Positions 19,096 through 29,052 of a DNA stretch of 64,000 nucleotides are shown in pieces. A model generated the notes under the pieces. It saw nothing but the letters and a program-made list of their open reading frames with translations, was not told where the DNA came from and ran no database searches. Position 1 is the first letter of the stretch; every line of letters begins with the position of its first letter. Origin of the DNA: an uncultured Conexibacteraceae bacterium (lineage in GTDB: Bacteria > Actinomycetota > Thermoleophilia > Solirubrobacterales > Solirubrobacteraceae); the NCBI GenBank assembly GCA_963794585.1, contig CAWCEO010000005.1:156225-220224 (forward strand), written 5' to 3'. The position numbers and the translations under genes were made by a program.

Positions 19096-20051
19096 CGCGC
19101 GTCGACGAGATCCATCGCCATCAGCGCCGCGCCAACCATCCCCGACGCGTCGCCGAAGCGCGTCGGCACGATCCGCACCTGGTCGCGCGACGGCGCCAGC
19201 GCACGCTGCGCGACAACCTTGCGCGCGGGCTCCAGCAACAGCTCACCCGCGGCGATCACCCCACCGCCCACGACGATGACCTCCGGGTTGAGGATGTTGA
19301 TGACATTGCTCAGCCCGACGCCGAGGTGCTCGCCGACCCGCGTGACGACCTCCAGCGCCACCGGGTCGCCATCGTGCGCAAGCTCGGTCGCCAACATTCC
19401 GGTGATCTCACGCCCGGCCCGCAGCGCCTGCCCGAAGCCCGAGTCAGGCAGCTCCTGCGCGGCTTGCCGCGCGCCGCGCCCCAGCGCCGTCCCAGACACG
19501 AGCATCTCCAGGCAGCCGCGGTTGCCGCAGGTGCAAACGGGCCCATCGACGTCGACGACCATGTGCCCCCACTCGCCCGCGCCGCCGTGCGCACCGCGCA
19601 GCAGCTCGCCGTCGACGACGATCCCGCCGCCGATGCCCGTCCCGAGCGTCAGCAGCGCCGCCGTCCGCGCGCCGCGCGCCGCGCCACGCCGGTGCTCGGC
19701 GAACATGGCGGCGTTGGCATCGTTGTCGACCGCGACCGGGACGCCGAGCCGCTCGGCCATCACATCGCGCAGCGCCACGTCGCGCAGCGGCAGGTGGACG
19801 GTCGTGGCGACGATGCCCGTCCGCGCGTCGACCAGCGACGGCACGCCGAAGCCGACCGCGGACAGCTCGCGCCCGGCGGCCTTGCGCGCCTCTTGGACCG
19901 CCTCCACCAAGGCGTCCAGCAGCTGCTCGGTGCCCTTGCCCTCACGGGCGTGGCGGAACACGCGATGGTGGACATTGAGGTCGGAGTCGACGACCCCCGC
20001 AAGCAGCTTCGTGCCGCCGAGATCGACGCCGATCACGCACCCGGCGGACAT
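19092..20051 (-). CDS. ROK-family sugar kinase (glucokinase-like)
   Basis: IGVDLGGTK, DNDANAA, LGTGIGGG, GEWGH, CTCGNRGCLE. Confidence 0.9.
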   Translation of the reverse strand: MSAGCVIGVDLGGTKLLAGVVDSDLNVHHRVFRHAREGKGTEQLLDALVEAVQEARKAAGRELSAVGFGVPSLVDARTGIVATTVHLPLRDVALRDVMAERLGVPVAVDNDANAAMFAEHRRGAARGARTAALLTLGTGIGGGIVVDGELLRGAHGGAGEWGHMVVDVDGPVCTCGNRGCLEMLVSGTALGRGARQAAQELPDSGFGQALRAGREITGMLATELAHDGDPVALEVVTRVGEHLGVGLSNVINILNPEVIVVGGGVIAAGELLLEPARKVVAQRALAPSRDQVRIVPTRFGDASGMVGAALMAMDLVDAR

Positions 20052-20072
20052 GCGCGTCACCCTATCCGCTGG

Positions 20073-21257
20073 ATGTCGCCCCCCTCTGACCCCCCACCCG
20101 AGTACACGAAGTACCGATCGGGCCCCGGCTTCTTGCGCCGCGGACCCAAGCCCGGCGAGCCGCTGATCGGCGACCTCGGCGCGGGTCCCGCCGCACCGCC
20201 GCGCCCGCCCGCGGGCCCGTCCGGCCGCAAACCCAGGCCAAGCGAAGACGACGATCGCCGCCTCTCCGACAGCCGGCCGCACCGACGGCTGCCGTTCCAC
20301 CTTCCGCGACGGCGTCGCCTCCAAGGTCCGCTCTCGGTTGGGCGGGTCGTCAAGTGGCTCGTCCTCGCCGCGCTCGGCTGGATCGCCCTCTCGCTCGTCC
20401 TCTTCTTGATCAGCGCCCAGCTCCAGCAGGGCGACCTCAGTGGCGAGGTCGCCCTCGGCGGCGCCGGCTTCCCGCTGACCAGCCCCAACACGATCCTCGT
20501 GCTGGGCTCCGACGCCCGGCCCGAGAACTCCAAGGAGCCCGGGGCGTCGACCAACGGCAGCCGCTCGGACTCGATCCTGCTGATGCGCATCGGCGGCAGC
20601 AAGAACGCTCGGCTCTCGATCCCGCGCGACACGATCGTCGACATCCCCGGCCATGGCCCCAACAAGATCAACGCCGCCTACGCCTTCGGCGGCCCGGCGC
20701 TCGCCGTCCAGACGATCGAGCAGTACCTCGGCATCCAGGTCAACCACCTGATCGAGGTCAACTTCAACAACTTCCCGCAGCTGATCGACGCCATGGGCGG
20801 CATCACCTACAAGGGCGGCTGCGTCGTCTCCAAGATCAACGGCGGCTTCAAGAACGGCGGCTTCACGCTGCGCCTCAAGGAGGGCAAGACCCATATCAAC
20901 GGCAAGCAAGCGCTTGCCCTTGCCCGGACGCGGCACAACGACTGCAACAAGGCCGAGTCCGACCTCACCCGCGCGCGCCGCCAGCAGAAGATCCTGTCGG
21001 CGATGAAGTCGCGGCTGATCTCGCCGTTCGCGTTCCCGCGCCTGCCGTTGATCGCCTGGAACACGCCCAAGGCGCTACGCAGCGACATGTCGGGCCCGAC
21101 CCTGCTCGGCCTCTTCGGCGCACTGGCCATCAGCGGCTCACCGCCGACGCAGATCCTCAAGCCCGACGGCGTGCAGACCGCACCCGACGGCGGCGCCGGC
21201 CTCCACGTCTCCGACGCCGAGAAAGCCCGCGATACCGCGCGCTTCCTGAAAGGCTAA
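20073..21257 (+). CDS. LCP (LytR-CpsA-Psr) family cell-wall ligase
   Basis: TM helix, ILVLGSD, RSDSILL, SIPRDT, KINAAY, RARRQQ. Confidence 0.92.
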   Translation: MSPPSDPPPEYTKYRSGPGFLRRGPKPGEPLIGDLGAGPAAPPRPPAGPSGRKPRPSEDDDRRLSDSRPHRRLPFHLPRRRRLQGPLSVGRVVKWLVLAALGWIALSLVLFLISAQLQQGDLSGEVALGGAGFPLTSPNTILVLGSDARPENSKEPGASTNGSRSDSILLMRIGGSKNARLSIPRDTIVDIPGHGPNKINAAYAFGGPALAVQTIEQYLGIQVNHLIEVNFNNFPQLIDAMGGITYKGGCVVSKINGGFKNGGFTLRLKEGKTHINGKQALALARTRHNDCNKAESDLTRARRQQKILSAMKSRLISPFAFPRLPLIAWNTPKALRSDMSGPTLLGLFGALAISGSPPTQILKPDGVQTAPDGGAGLHVSDAEKARDTARFLKG

Positions 21258-21625
21258 GCCGGCTTCTTGGAGGACTTCTTGTCGCCGGACTTCTTCTCGG
21301 CCTTGGGCTTGGCAGCAGCCGACGAAGACGCATCCGACGAAGAAGACGGTGCCGCGGCCTTCTCCTTCTCTTTTTTCTTCTCGGCCTGCCCGGCCTCGTA
21401 CTTGTCGGCCCCCGACTCGGCAGACTCGCGCAGCTCGCGATTGCGACGCTTGGTGCCGTAGTCGGTGTTGTAGAAGCCCTTGCCCTTGAAGTGGACGGCG
21501 ACGGGATGGAAGACGCGCTCAAGCGGGACGCCGGTCTCGGGGTCCTTGGTGAGCGGCTCGTCGGTCATGCGCTGCATGACCTCGAAGGTGGTGCCGTCCG
21601 GGCGTCGATATTCGTAGATGGGCAT
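21254..21625 (-). CDS. FmdB-family regulatory protein (Cys-less variant)
   Basis: MPIYEY...FEV.Q...FKGKGFYNTDY signature with Lys/Ser-rich tail. Confidence 0.85.
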   Translation of the reverse strand: MPIYEYRRPDGTTFEVMQRMTDEPLTKDPETGVPLERVFHPVAVHFKGKGFYNTDYGTKRRNRELRESAESGADKYEAGQAEKKKEKEKAAAPSSSSDASSSAAAKPKAEKKSGDKKSSKKPA

Positions 21626-21757
21626 TGGCACTCTCAGTATAGGAGTGCCAGGGGAACCCTCGCCCAGAGGGCTCGGGTTCCCTTGCACGAACTCGCCAGA
21701 GGCTCCTTCGTGCGGCGCCGGTTCCTGGCGATTCTGCCCCTGGGTAAAGTGGCGCGC

Positions 21758-23155
21758 GTGCCCACTCAGGATGTCGTGACGATGGACAAGATCGTGGCGT
21801 TGTGCAAGCGCCGTGGTCTGATCTTCCCCGCCTCGGAGATCTACGGTGGCATCGCCAACACCTATGACTACGGACACTACGGCGTGCTGCTCAAGCGCAA
21901 CGTCGTCGATGCGTGGTGGGACGCGATGCTGCAGGAGCGCGATGACATCGTCGCGCTGGACTCGGCGATCATCCAGCACCCCAAGACCTGGGAGTCCTCG
22001 GGCCACCTGGCGGGCTTCACCGACCCGCTGGTCGACTGCAAGACCTGCAAGCGCCGCTTCCGCGCCGACCATCTCGACGAGGCCAAGCAGGATCCAGACT
22101 CCCAGCCCGAGATCCGCTGCGGCAAGCGCCCCTCCAAGCTTCCCGGCGACACCGACGAGTGCGAGCTCACCGAGCCGCGCGAGTTCAACCTCATGTTCGA
22201 GACGGCGATCGGCCCCGTCCAGGGCGGCGGCCAGCGCGTCTTCCTGCGCCCGGAAACCGCGCAGGGCATCTTCCTGGACTTCAAGACGGTGCTGACCTTC
22301 GTGCGCCGCAAGCCGCCGTTCGGCATCGCTCAGGTCGGCAAGTCGTTTCGCAACGAGATCACGCCCGGCAACTTCATCTTCCGCACCCTGGAGTTCGAGC
22401 AGATGGAGATGGAGTTCTTCGTGCCACCGGACCAGGCCGCACAGTGGTACGAGCACTGGAAGCAGGCCCGCTTTGACTGGTACGTCGAGCTCGGGCTGCG
22501 CCCCGACCACCTGCGCCTGCGCGACCACGACGCCGACGAGCTCAGCCACTACTCCTCCGGCACCGCCGACGTGGAGTACCTCTTTCCCATCGGCTGGTCG
22601 GAGCTGGAGGGCATCGCCAACCGCGGGGACTTCGACCTCACCGCGCACGGCAACGGCTCCGGCAAGCCGATCGAGGTCGTCGAGCAAGACGGCACCCGTT
22701 ACGTCCCGCACGTCATCGAGCCGGCCGCCGGCGTCGGACGCTCGATGCTTGCCTTCCTCGCCGACGCCTACGACGAGGAGGACCTCGGCGACGGCGACAT
22801 CCGCACCGTGCTGAAGCTCCATCCACGTCTGGCGCCGGTGAAGGTCGCGATCTTGCCGCTGGTCAAGAAGGACGGTCAGCCCGAGCTGGCGGCCGAGGTC
22901 CAGGCGCTCCTCAAGAAGCGGATGCAAACCGAGTACGACGAGGGCGGCTCGATCGGCAAGCGCTACCGCCGCCAGGATGAGATCGGCACGCCGTGGTGCG
23001 TGACGATCGACCACCAGTCCTTGGAAGACCGCACGGTCACGCTGCGCGACCGTGACTCGCTGGCCCAGGAGCGCGTCGCGATCGACGAGCTGGGCGAGCT
23101 GCTGTCAGGCCGCCTGGCCGGACCGTGGTCGTCGCCCAAGGCGGCGGCCAGCTAA
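21758..23155 (+). CDS. glyQS: Glycine--tRNA ligase (alpha2 type)
   Basis: LRPETAQGIF, GKSFRNEITP, EFEQMEMEFF, SIGKRYRRQDEIGTP. Confidence 0.97.
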   Translation: MPTQDVVTMDKIVALCKRRGLIFPASEIYGGIANTYDYGHYGVLLKRNVVDAWWDAMLQERDDIVALDSAIIQHPKTWESSGHLAGFTDPLVDCKTCKRRFRADHLDEAKQDPDSQPEIRCGKRPSKLPGDTDECELTEPREFNLMFETAIGPVQGGGQRVFLRPETAQGIFLDFKTVLTFVRRKPPFGIAQVGKSFRNEITPGNFIFRTLEFEQMEMEFFVPPDQAAQWYEHWKQARFDWYVELGLRPDHLRLRDHDADELSHYSSGTADVEYLFPIGWSELEGIANRGDFDLTAHGNGSGKPIEVVEQDGTRYVPHVIEPAAGVGRSMLAFLADAYDEEDLGDGDIRTVLKLHPRLAPVKVAILPLVKKDGQPELAAEVQALLKKRMQTEYDEGGSIGKRYRRQDEIGTPWCVTIDHQSLEDRTVTLRDRDSLAQERVAIDELGELLSGRLAGPWSSPKAAAS

Positions 23156-23514
23156 GCGGCTCGCGAGCTGCCGTCAGTACGGCGGCGCCGCAACGGCGAC
23201 GGCGGCTCTGCGGCCCACGGCGCATCGTCGGCCGCGCGGAGCTGACGGGCCAGCATCCCCGCGCGCGAAGTGCGACGGGCGATCATCCAGCCCAGCGTCG
23301 TGGGCTGGTAGCTGGGCTCGGGTCGCTCCCCGAGGTTGGGCACCGCCCGCACGAAACCGGCAACGCGCGCGACCGAGAGCTGGAAGGCGGCATCGGCAGC
23401 CGCGAGGCGGCCGGGCTCTTCGAGCTCGCGCAGGCTCAGCGGACGACCGGCATCCGCGAGCACGCACAGCAGCTCGCGGGCGACGCTCCGGTAGGGGTCG
23501 GCACCATCGGTCAT
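23152..23514 (-). CDS. Hypothetical protein, possible winged helix
   Basis: ELLCVLADAGRPLSLREL...SYQPTTLG resembles wHTH; fills the gap between glyQS and the next gene. Confidence 0.4.
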   Translation of the reverse strand: MTDGADPYRSVARELLCVLADAGRPLSLRELEEPGRLAAADAAFQLSVARVAGFVRAVPNLGERPEPSYQPTTLGWMIARRTSRAGMLARQLRAADDAPWAAEPPSPLRRRRTDGSSRAA

Positions 23515-23649
23515 CGGGGAGGCTGCAGCCTCCACGCGCGGGCAGCCGTTGTCCACAAGCTGCACGACTCTGCACAGATTCCCCTGCACGGCGCGCAAGT
23601 TCCGGGCCAAGATGTGGAGCTTCGCGCAGCCTGGGCGTACTCTGGGTCC

Positions 23650-24939
23650 ATGAACGTCTCCGTTCCTGCATCGGGGCCGTCGGCAACCGACGCGATCTCC
23701 TACGAGGATCTCTACGCCCGCTGGGAGCGCAGCAACTGGCAGGCCACCGCGATCGACTTCACCCAGGACGCGATCGACTGGCGCGAGAAGCTGACCGAGG
23801 AGCAACGGGTCAGCGCGCTGTGGCTCTACACGCTCTTCTTCCACGGCGAGGACTCGGTCGCCGACAACCTCTCGCCCTACATCGACGCGGCGCCGCACGA
23901 GGAGCAGAAGTACTTCCTGGCCACCCAGCAGGTCGACGAGGCGCGCCACGCGGTCTTCTTCCATCGCTTCATGAACGAGGTCGTCGGCCTTGGCGATGGC
24001 GGGTCGGTCGCCTCCACGCTGCGCGCCACCGGGCCGGAGATCACGTGGGGCCATCGCAAGGTCTTCTCGCGCCTGGATCGGATGGCTGCCGAGCTGCGCG
24101 CCGACCCTTCGCTCGACCGGCTCGCGCGCGCGATCACGCTCTACCACCTCGTCGTCGAGGCGACCTTGGCCCAGCCCGGGCAGCACATCATCGAGCAGTC
24201 GCTGGAGCGCCTCGACGTCCTGCCCGGCTTCCGCGCCGGGATGCGCAACGTCGCCCTGGATGAGCAGCGCCACATCGGCTTCGGCGTCAAGCTCCTGGCC
24301 GACCTCTACCGCGAGCGTCCGGCGCAGACCCAGACGGCGATCGTCTCGGTGCTCAGCGAGACGCTCGGGTGGACGATCGTCGTCCCCAAACCACCCAACT
24401 GGGACGAGCGCTACTTCACCTGCTGGGGCTTTACCTTGGCCGACATCGCCGAGGAGGGCGGGCGCTCGCTGGAGCAGAAGCTGCGCGCGATCGGCCTGCC
24501 CGTCGACGACCTTCCTGGCCTGCCGATGGACATGTCGGTGAGCGTGGCCGAGCGCGGGCGCCGTGGGATCGTGATGGCCAAGGCCAACTACCTCGGCGAG
24601 GGCGGGCCGATCTCACGCGACCCCGAAGCGGTCGAGATCCTGTTCGATGCGATCGCCCGCGGCGCGCGCGGCGACCAGCTGCCGGCCGGTACGACGATCG
24701 CCTGGGACTTCCGCGACCACACCCCATGGCACGTCGCCCTCGACGGGCGCCGCGCCACCGCGCACCAAGGGTTGCCGGCGCGCCGTGCCGACGCCACCTT
24801 GCGCTGCAATTTTGACGACTGGGTGAACCTCAGCGCTGGGCGTCTCGACGCACGCCGCCTGATGCTGACCCGCCGCCTGGGCCTGCGCGGCAACCCGCGC
24901 ACCCTGCTGGGGCTCGGGCGCGTCTTCGGCGTGAGCTAG
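23650..24939 (+). CDS. Ferritin-like R2/R2lox-family dimetal oxidase with C-terminal SCP2-like domain
   Basis: GEDSVADNL, DEARHAVFF, VVEATLA, DEQRHIGFG ligand motifs; C-terminal ADATLRC...W..L..GRLDA..LML..RL.LRGN SCP2 pattern. Confidence 0.8.
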   Translation: MNVSVPASGPSATDAISYEDLYARWERSNWQATAIDFTQDAIDWREKLTEEQRVSALWLYTLFFHGEDSVADNLSPYIDAAPHEEQKYFLATQQVDEARHAVFFHRFMNEVVGLGDGGSVASTLRATGPEITWGHRKVFSRLDRMAAELRADPSLDRLARAITLYHLVVEATLAQPGQHIIEQSLERLDVLPGFRAGMRNVALDEQRHIGFGVKLLADLYRERPAQTQTAIVSVLSETLGWTIVVPKPPNWDERYFTCWGFTLADIAEEGGRSLEQKLRAIGLPVDDLPGLPMDMSVSVAERGRRGIVMAKANYLGEGGPISRDPEAVEILFDAIARGARGDQLPAGTTIAWDFRDHTPWHVALDGRRATAHQGLPARRADATLRCNFDDWVNLSAGRLDARRLMLTRRLGLRGNPRTLLGLGRVFGVS

Positions 24940-25538
24940 CCGATCAGCGCCGCGACCGCGAGCGTGCCCGCCGCGACCGTCCCGCGATGATCGCGGTCGG
25001 GCTCGGCGAGGATGCGCAGCGCCAGCCCGTCGCCGAGGCCGAAGATGATCTCGGCGATCGCCTCCGGCTCGGCGCGCAGCACCAGGACGCCCTCGGCCTG
25101 CTTGGCCGCGAGCACGGCAGCGACGTGCTGGCGGGTGCGGCGCACGAGCTCACCGAACTCGATCGCGATCTCCGGGTTGCGGCGCGAGAGCGTGAAGACC
25201 TCGAAGGAAAGCGTGAGGAACTCGGTGTCGTCGCGGAGCATCGCCTCCAGCGTGCGACCCAGCATCGCGATGAAGTCGGCCGCGTTGGACGCGGCAGCCA
25301 GCTGCTCATCCAGCGCGGCCATCCGCAGATCGGTGTCGCGCTTGACGACCTCGGCCAGCAGCCGCTCCTTGGAGCCGAAGTAGTAGTGCAACAGCCCCCG
25401 TGAGACGCCGGCCTCGCGAGCGACGTGGTCAAACGTCGAGCCCGCCACGCCCCGCAGCGCCACCGATGCGCGCATCGCGTCGACGATCCGCTGAGCCTTG
25501 TCGCCGCTGAGCTGCGAGCGCGCCGTGGTCGCCTCCAT
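24936..25538 (-). CDS. TetR-family regulator
   Basis: TFDHVAREAGVSRGLLHYYFGSKERL. Confidence 0.92.
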   Translation of the reverse strand: MEATTARSQLSGDKAQRIVDAMRASVALRGVAGSTFDHVAREAGVSRGLLHYYFGSKERLLAEVVKRDTDLRMAALDEQLAAASNAADFIAMLGRTLEAMLRDDTEFLTLSFEVFTLSRRNPEIAIEFGELVRRTRQHVAAVLAAKQAEGVLVLRAEPEAIAEIIFGLGDGLALRILAEPDRDHRGTVAAGTLAVAALIG

Positions 25539-25576
25539 CCGCCGATCCTAGCTGGCCGGCCAACCCGGCCACGCGC

Positions 25577-25610
25577 AACAGAAAGGGCGCCCCGTGCGGA
25601 GCGCCCTTCC
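25577..25610 (-). terminator. Intrinsic terminator after the 25633-26091 gene
   Basis: Minus strand GAAGGGCGCTCC-GCAC-GGGGCGCCCTTTC followed by TGTT. Confidence 0.65.
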
Positions 25611-25632
25611 GATGCTACGGATGTCGGTGCGA

Positions 25633-26091
25633 CTAGGCGGCGGTGCCGGCCGACGGCGCGGAAGCCGGAGCCGTGGTCGACGTGTAGTCGAACTCCTCCT
25701 CGGCGCCGAAGAGCGCGTCGAGGAGCTTGGAGCGCAGGTCGGCGCTGAGCGCGATCGCCAGGCCACCGGCGATCGTGAGCACCAGCAGCTTGCGGCCGAG
25801 ACCGCCCTTGCGCTTCTTCTTCTTGGGACCCTCGCGCAGTGACGAGCCCGCGTCCTTCAACGCCTCGGCCGCGGTGTGGAGGTCCTTGTGGAACTTCTTG
25901 TCCTCGGTGAGGGTCTTCGTGGGCGCCTTGCCGTGCGACAGACGCTCGTAGGCGTCACGCGCAGCCTCGAAGGCGACACGGACGTTGTCGCGCAGGTCAT
26001 CGTCCTCGATGACGCGCTGAACGTAGGGGTTCTGGCGGGCCGCCTCGACGGCGCCGACGGCTACGGCCGCCTTCTGCTTCTTCTTGGCCAT
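25633..26091 (-). CDS. Hypothetical membrane-associated protein
   Basis: RBS GAGGGAAG, helical N-terminus, basic patch then single TM. Confidence 0.75.
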   Translation of the reverse strand: MAKKKQKAAVAVGAVEAARQNPYVQRVIEDDDLRDNVRVAFEAARDAYERLSHGKAPTKTLTEDKKFHKDLHTAAEALKDAGSSLREGPKKKKRKGGLGRKLLVLTIAGGLAIALSADLRSKLLDALFGAEEEFDYTSTTAPASAPSAGTAA

Positions 26092-26155
26092 GCAGCTTCC
26101 CTCTTTGGGTCGGGGTCGTGGCTCTGCGCCGAGCATACCCGCCGCCCGGGGTTCG

Positions 26156-28543
26156 TCACGCAGGGTTTTGCAGAGCGGCGTCCAGCACGTCGCCGATCTC
26201 CGCGACCCAGACGAACCGCAGCCGCTTGCGCAGATGCTCGGGAATGTCCTCGGCGTCGGCCTCGTTGAGCGCGGGCGCGAGGATCGTCTTGACCCCGTTG
26301 CGCTGCGCGGCGAGTGCCTTCTCCTTGAGCCCGCCGATCGGCAGGACCTGCCCGGTGAGGGTGATCTCGCCGGTCATGGCCACGTCCTCGCGGACGGTGC
26401 GCTTGGAGATCAGCGAGGCGAGCGCGGTCGCCATCGTGATGCCGGCGCTCGGGCCGTCCTTGGGCGTCGCGCCGGCGGGCACGTGGACGTGGAGGTCGTG
26501 GTCGGCAAACCACGCGTCGCCGAGCTCGGGTGCGATCTCGTGCGCGTTGGCCTTGACCCACGTCAGCGCGGCCTGCGCGGACTCTTTCATGACGTCACCG
26601 AGCTGCCCGGTCAATTGCAGCTTGCCGGTCCCCGGCGTGGCGCTGGCCTCGATGAAGAGGACGTCGCCACCGACGGGCGTCCAGGCCAGGCCCGTCGCCA
26701 CGCCCGGCGTCTGTGTTCGGCGCTTGGCCTCGGCGTGGACCTTGGCGCGGCCCAGCAATTCGCGGACCCGCTCGGGCGTGATCGTCGTCTTCTTCGGCTT
26801 GGTCGAACCATTGGCCTCGGCCACCCCGCGCGCGACCTTGCGACAGATCGTCCCGATCTCACGCTCCAGCCCGCGCACGCCGGCCTCGCGCGTGTAGTCG
26901 GCGATGATCCGGCGCAGCGCTTTGTCGCCGAAGGTGATCCATGACTTCTTCAGGCCATTGCGCTCGACCTGGCGCGGCACGAGGTAGCGCTTGGCGATCT
27001 GCAGCTTCTCGTCCTCGGTGTAGCCGGCGAGCTGGATGACCTCCATGCGATCGCGCAGCGGGCCCGGTACCCGGTCGAGGTCGTTGGCCGTACAGATGAA
27101 CATGACCTTGGACAGGTCGAAGGGCACGTCGAGGTAGTGATCGCGGAACGTCGCGTTCTGCTCGGGGTCCAAGACCTCCAACATGGCGCTGGACGGGTCG
27201 CCGCGGAAGTCGGAGCCCATCTTGTCGATCTCGTCGATCATGAACAGCGGGTTGTCGGAGCCCGCGTCGCGCAGCGCTCGGATAATCGTTCCGGGCATCG
27301 CACCGATGTAGGTCCGGCGATGGCCGCGGATCTCCGCCTCGTCGCGCATGCCGCCGACGCTGATGCGCTCGAACTTGCGGCCGAGCGCACGGGCGACCGA
27401 CTTGCCCAGCGACGTCTTGCCGACGCCGGGCGGCCCCGCGAAGCAGAGGATCGTGCCTCGCGCGTCCGGCTTGAGCTTGCGCACGGCAAGGAACTCGAGG
27501 ATGCGGTCCTTGACCTGCTCGATGTCGTAGTGGTCGGTGTCGAGCACCTCGCGCGCATGGGCAAGATCGAGGTCGTCCTCGGTGCTGACGCCCCAGGGCA
27601 GCATCGCGATCCACTCCAGGTAGCTGCGAATCACGCCATGCTCGGCGGCCTGGGCGGGCAGCTGCTCGAGGCGATGCAGCTCGCGGTCGACCTGCTTGCG
27701 GACGTCGGCAGGCAGCTGCACGTCGGCGAGCTGGTCGCGCAGCTCGCGGGCCTCCTCCGCGGACTCGTCGAACTCGCCCAGCTCGTCCTGGATCGCCTTG
27801 AGCTGCTGGCGCAGAACGTACTCGCGCTGACCCTTGTCGATCTCGGACTGGACCTGGGACTGGATCTCTGACCCGATCGAGATGACCTCCAACTCGCGCG
27901 CGAGCACCTCGACGAGACGGCGCAGCCGGCGACCGACGTCGACCTCCTCCAGCAGCGCCTGCTTCTCGTCGGTCGGCAGCCGCAGCGAGCCGGCGATCAG
28001 ATGGCTGAGCGTCGAAGGGTCGTCGATGTTGGCGACCGCGAGCTGCAGCTCCTCGGGCAGGTAGGGCACCAACTCGACGATCCGGGTGAACGTCTCCTGG
28101 ACGTTGCGCGTCAGCGCGGTCAGCTCGGGCGACTCGCGGACGACGTCTCCCAGCTCCTGCACGTGCGCGACGAGATAGGGAAGCTCGCCGACCCAGTCGG
28201 TGAGCTTGACCCGTTGCGCACCCTGAACAAGGATCCGCAGTGATCCATCAGGAACCTTGATCATGCGGGCAACCGCACCGACGACGCCGACGTCGTGAAG
28301 GTCGTCAGGCCCCGGGGTCTCCAGCTCCGGATTGCGCGACGCGACCATGACCAGGAGGCGATCGCCGGCGAGAACGTCATTGACCAGCTGGATCGAGCGC
28401 TCCTGCCCGATCGCCAGCGGCGTGAGCGTGTCGGGCAGCGGAACCGTGTCGCGCAACGGCAGTACCGGCAGCGTCTCGGGCACGCGGCCGCGCGTCCCCA
28501 CCTCCACCGGACGACCTCCGCCTTCCGCGCTGATCTCGATCAC
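26156..28543 (-). CDS. lon: ATP-dependent protease La
   Basis: LPVLPLRD, GPPGVGKTS, RRTYIGAMPG, PKDGPSAG, IGGLKEK. Confidence 0.98.
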   Translation of the reverse strand: MIEISAEGGGRPVEVGTRGRVPETLPVLPLRDTVPLPDTLTPLAIGQERSIQLVNDVLAGDRLLVMVASRNPELETPGPDDLHDVGVVGAVARMIKVPDGSLRILVQGAQRVKLTDWVGELPYLVAHVQELGDVVRESPELTALTRNVQETFTRIVELVPYLPEELQLAVANIDDPSTLSHLIAGSLRLPTDEKQALLEEVDVGRRLRRLVEVLARELEVISIGSEIQSQVQSEIDKGQREYVLRQQLKAIQDELGEFDESAEEARELRDQLADVQLPADVRKQVDRELHRLEQLPAQAAEHGVIRSYLEWIAMLPWGVSTEDDLDLAHAREVLDTDHYDIEQVKDRILEFLAVRKLKPDARGTILCFAGPPGVGKTSLGKSVARALGRKFERISVGGMRDEAEIRGHRRTYIGAMPGTIIRALRDAGSDNPLFMIDEIDKMGSDFRGDPSSAMLEVLDPEQNATFRDHYLDVPFDLSKVMFICTANDLDRVPGPLRDRMEVIQLAGYTEDEKLQIAKRYLVPRQVERNGLKKSWITFGDKALRRIIADYTREAGVRGLEREIGTICRKVARGVAEANGSTKPKKTTITPERVRELLGRAKVHAEAKRRTQTPGVATGLAWTPVGGDVLFIEASATPGTGKLQLTGQLGDVMKESAQAALTWVKANAHEIAPELGDAWFADHDLHVHVPAGATPKDGPSAGITMATALASLISKRTVREDVAMTGEITLTGQVLPIGGLKEKALAAQRNGVKTILAPALNEADAEDIPEHLRKRLRFVWVAEIGDVLDAALQNPA

Positions 28544-28555
28544 CGATCCAGGACC

Positions 28556-29023
28556 TTATGCCGACGAGGCGGCATCGTCGGCGACTTCGATCGACACGCG
28601 GCGGGCGCGTGGCTCGGGACGCAGCAGCGGCAACTCGACCCGCAAGATCCCGTCGCGATAGGTGGCCCGAGCCTCTTCAGCGACGACGTCGGCGCCGAGC
28701 GGGATCACGCGCCGAAACGGCCCGAAGTCGATCTCCAGCTGCTGGTAGACGCGGCCCTCGCTGTCGGCCGGGCGGCGGTGGCCGGCGATGACCAGCTCAC
28801 GACCCTCGATCTCCAGCCCGATCTCGTCGGGGTCGATCCCCGCGAGCTCGGCGTGCACGACAGCGCGTGGCGGCTCGCCTTCGTAGAAGACGTCGACGGC
28901 CGGCGAGAAGCCGCCGCGGTGCCGCGGGCCCAGGACGCCGGCGCCGAAGACATCACCAAACAGCTCGTCCATCTCGCGGCGCATGCGCTCGAAGTTGGCG
29001 AAGAGATCGCGCTCGGGGGCCAC
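28556..29023 (-). CDS. Hsp20/alpha-crystallin small heat-shock protein
   Basis: PAVDVFY, AELAGID, FGPFRRVIPL, ATYRDGILRVELP, C-terminal VSI motif. Confidence 0.92.
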   Translation of the reverse strand: MAPERDLFANFERMRREMDELFGDVFGAGVLGPRHRGGFSPAVDVFYEGEPPRAVVHAELAGIDPDEIGLEIEGRELVIAGHRRPADSEGRVYQQLEIDFGPFRRVIPLGADVVAEEARATYRDGILRVELPLLRPEPRARRVSIEVADDAASSA

Positions 29024-29052
29024 GCGCACGAATGTACCGCGCGGGTGGCGGC

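Noticed and set aside
19092-23155. Apparent giant fusions (614-aa ROK, 643-aa LCP, 933-aa GlyRS, 586-aa FmdB)
   Set aside because: The N-terminal extensions overlap genuine genes; the true starts are internal and several are supported by adjacent -10 hexamers
23650-24939. Ribonucleotide reductase beta subunit (nrdB/nrdF)
   Set aside because: No R1 partner nearby, motifs look closer to R2lox, and the C-terminus is an SCP2-like domain rather than the R1-binding tail
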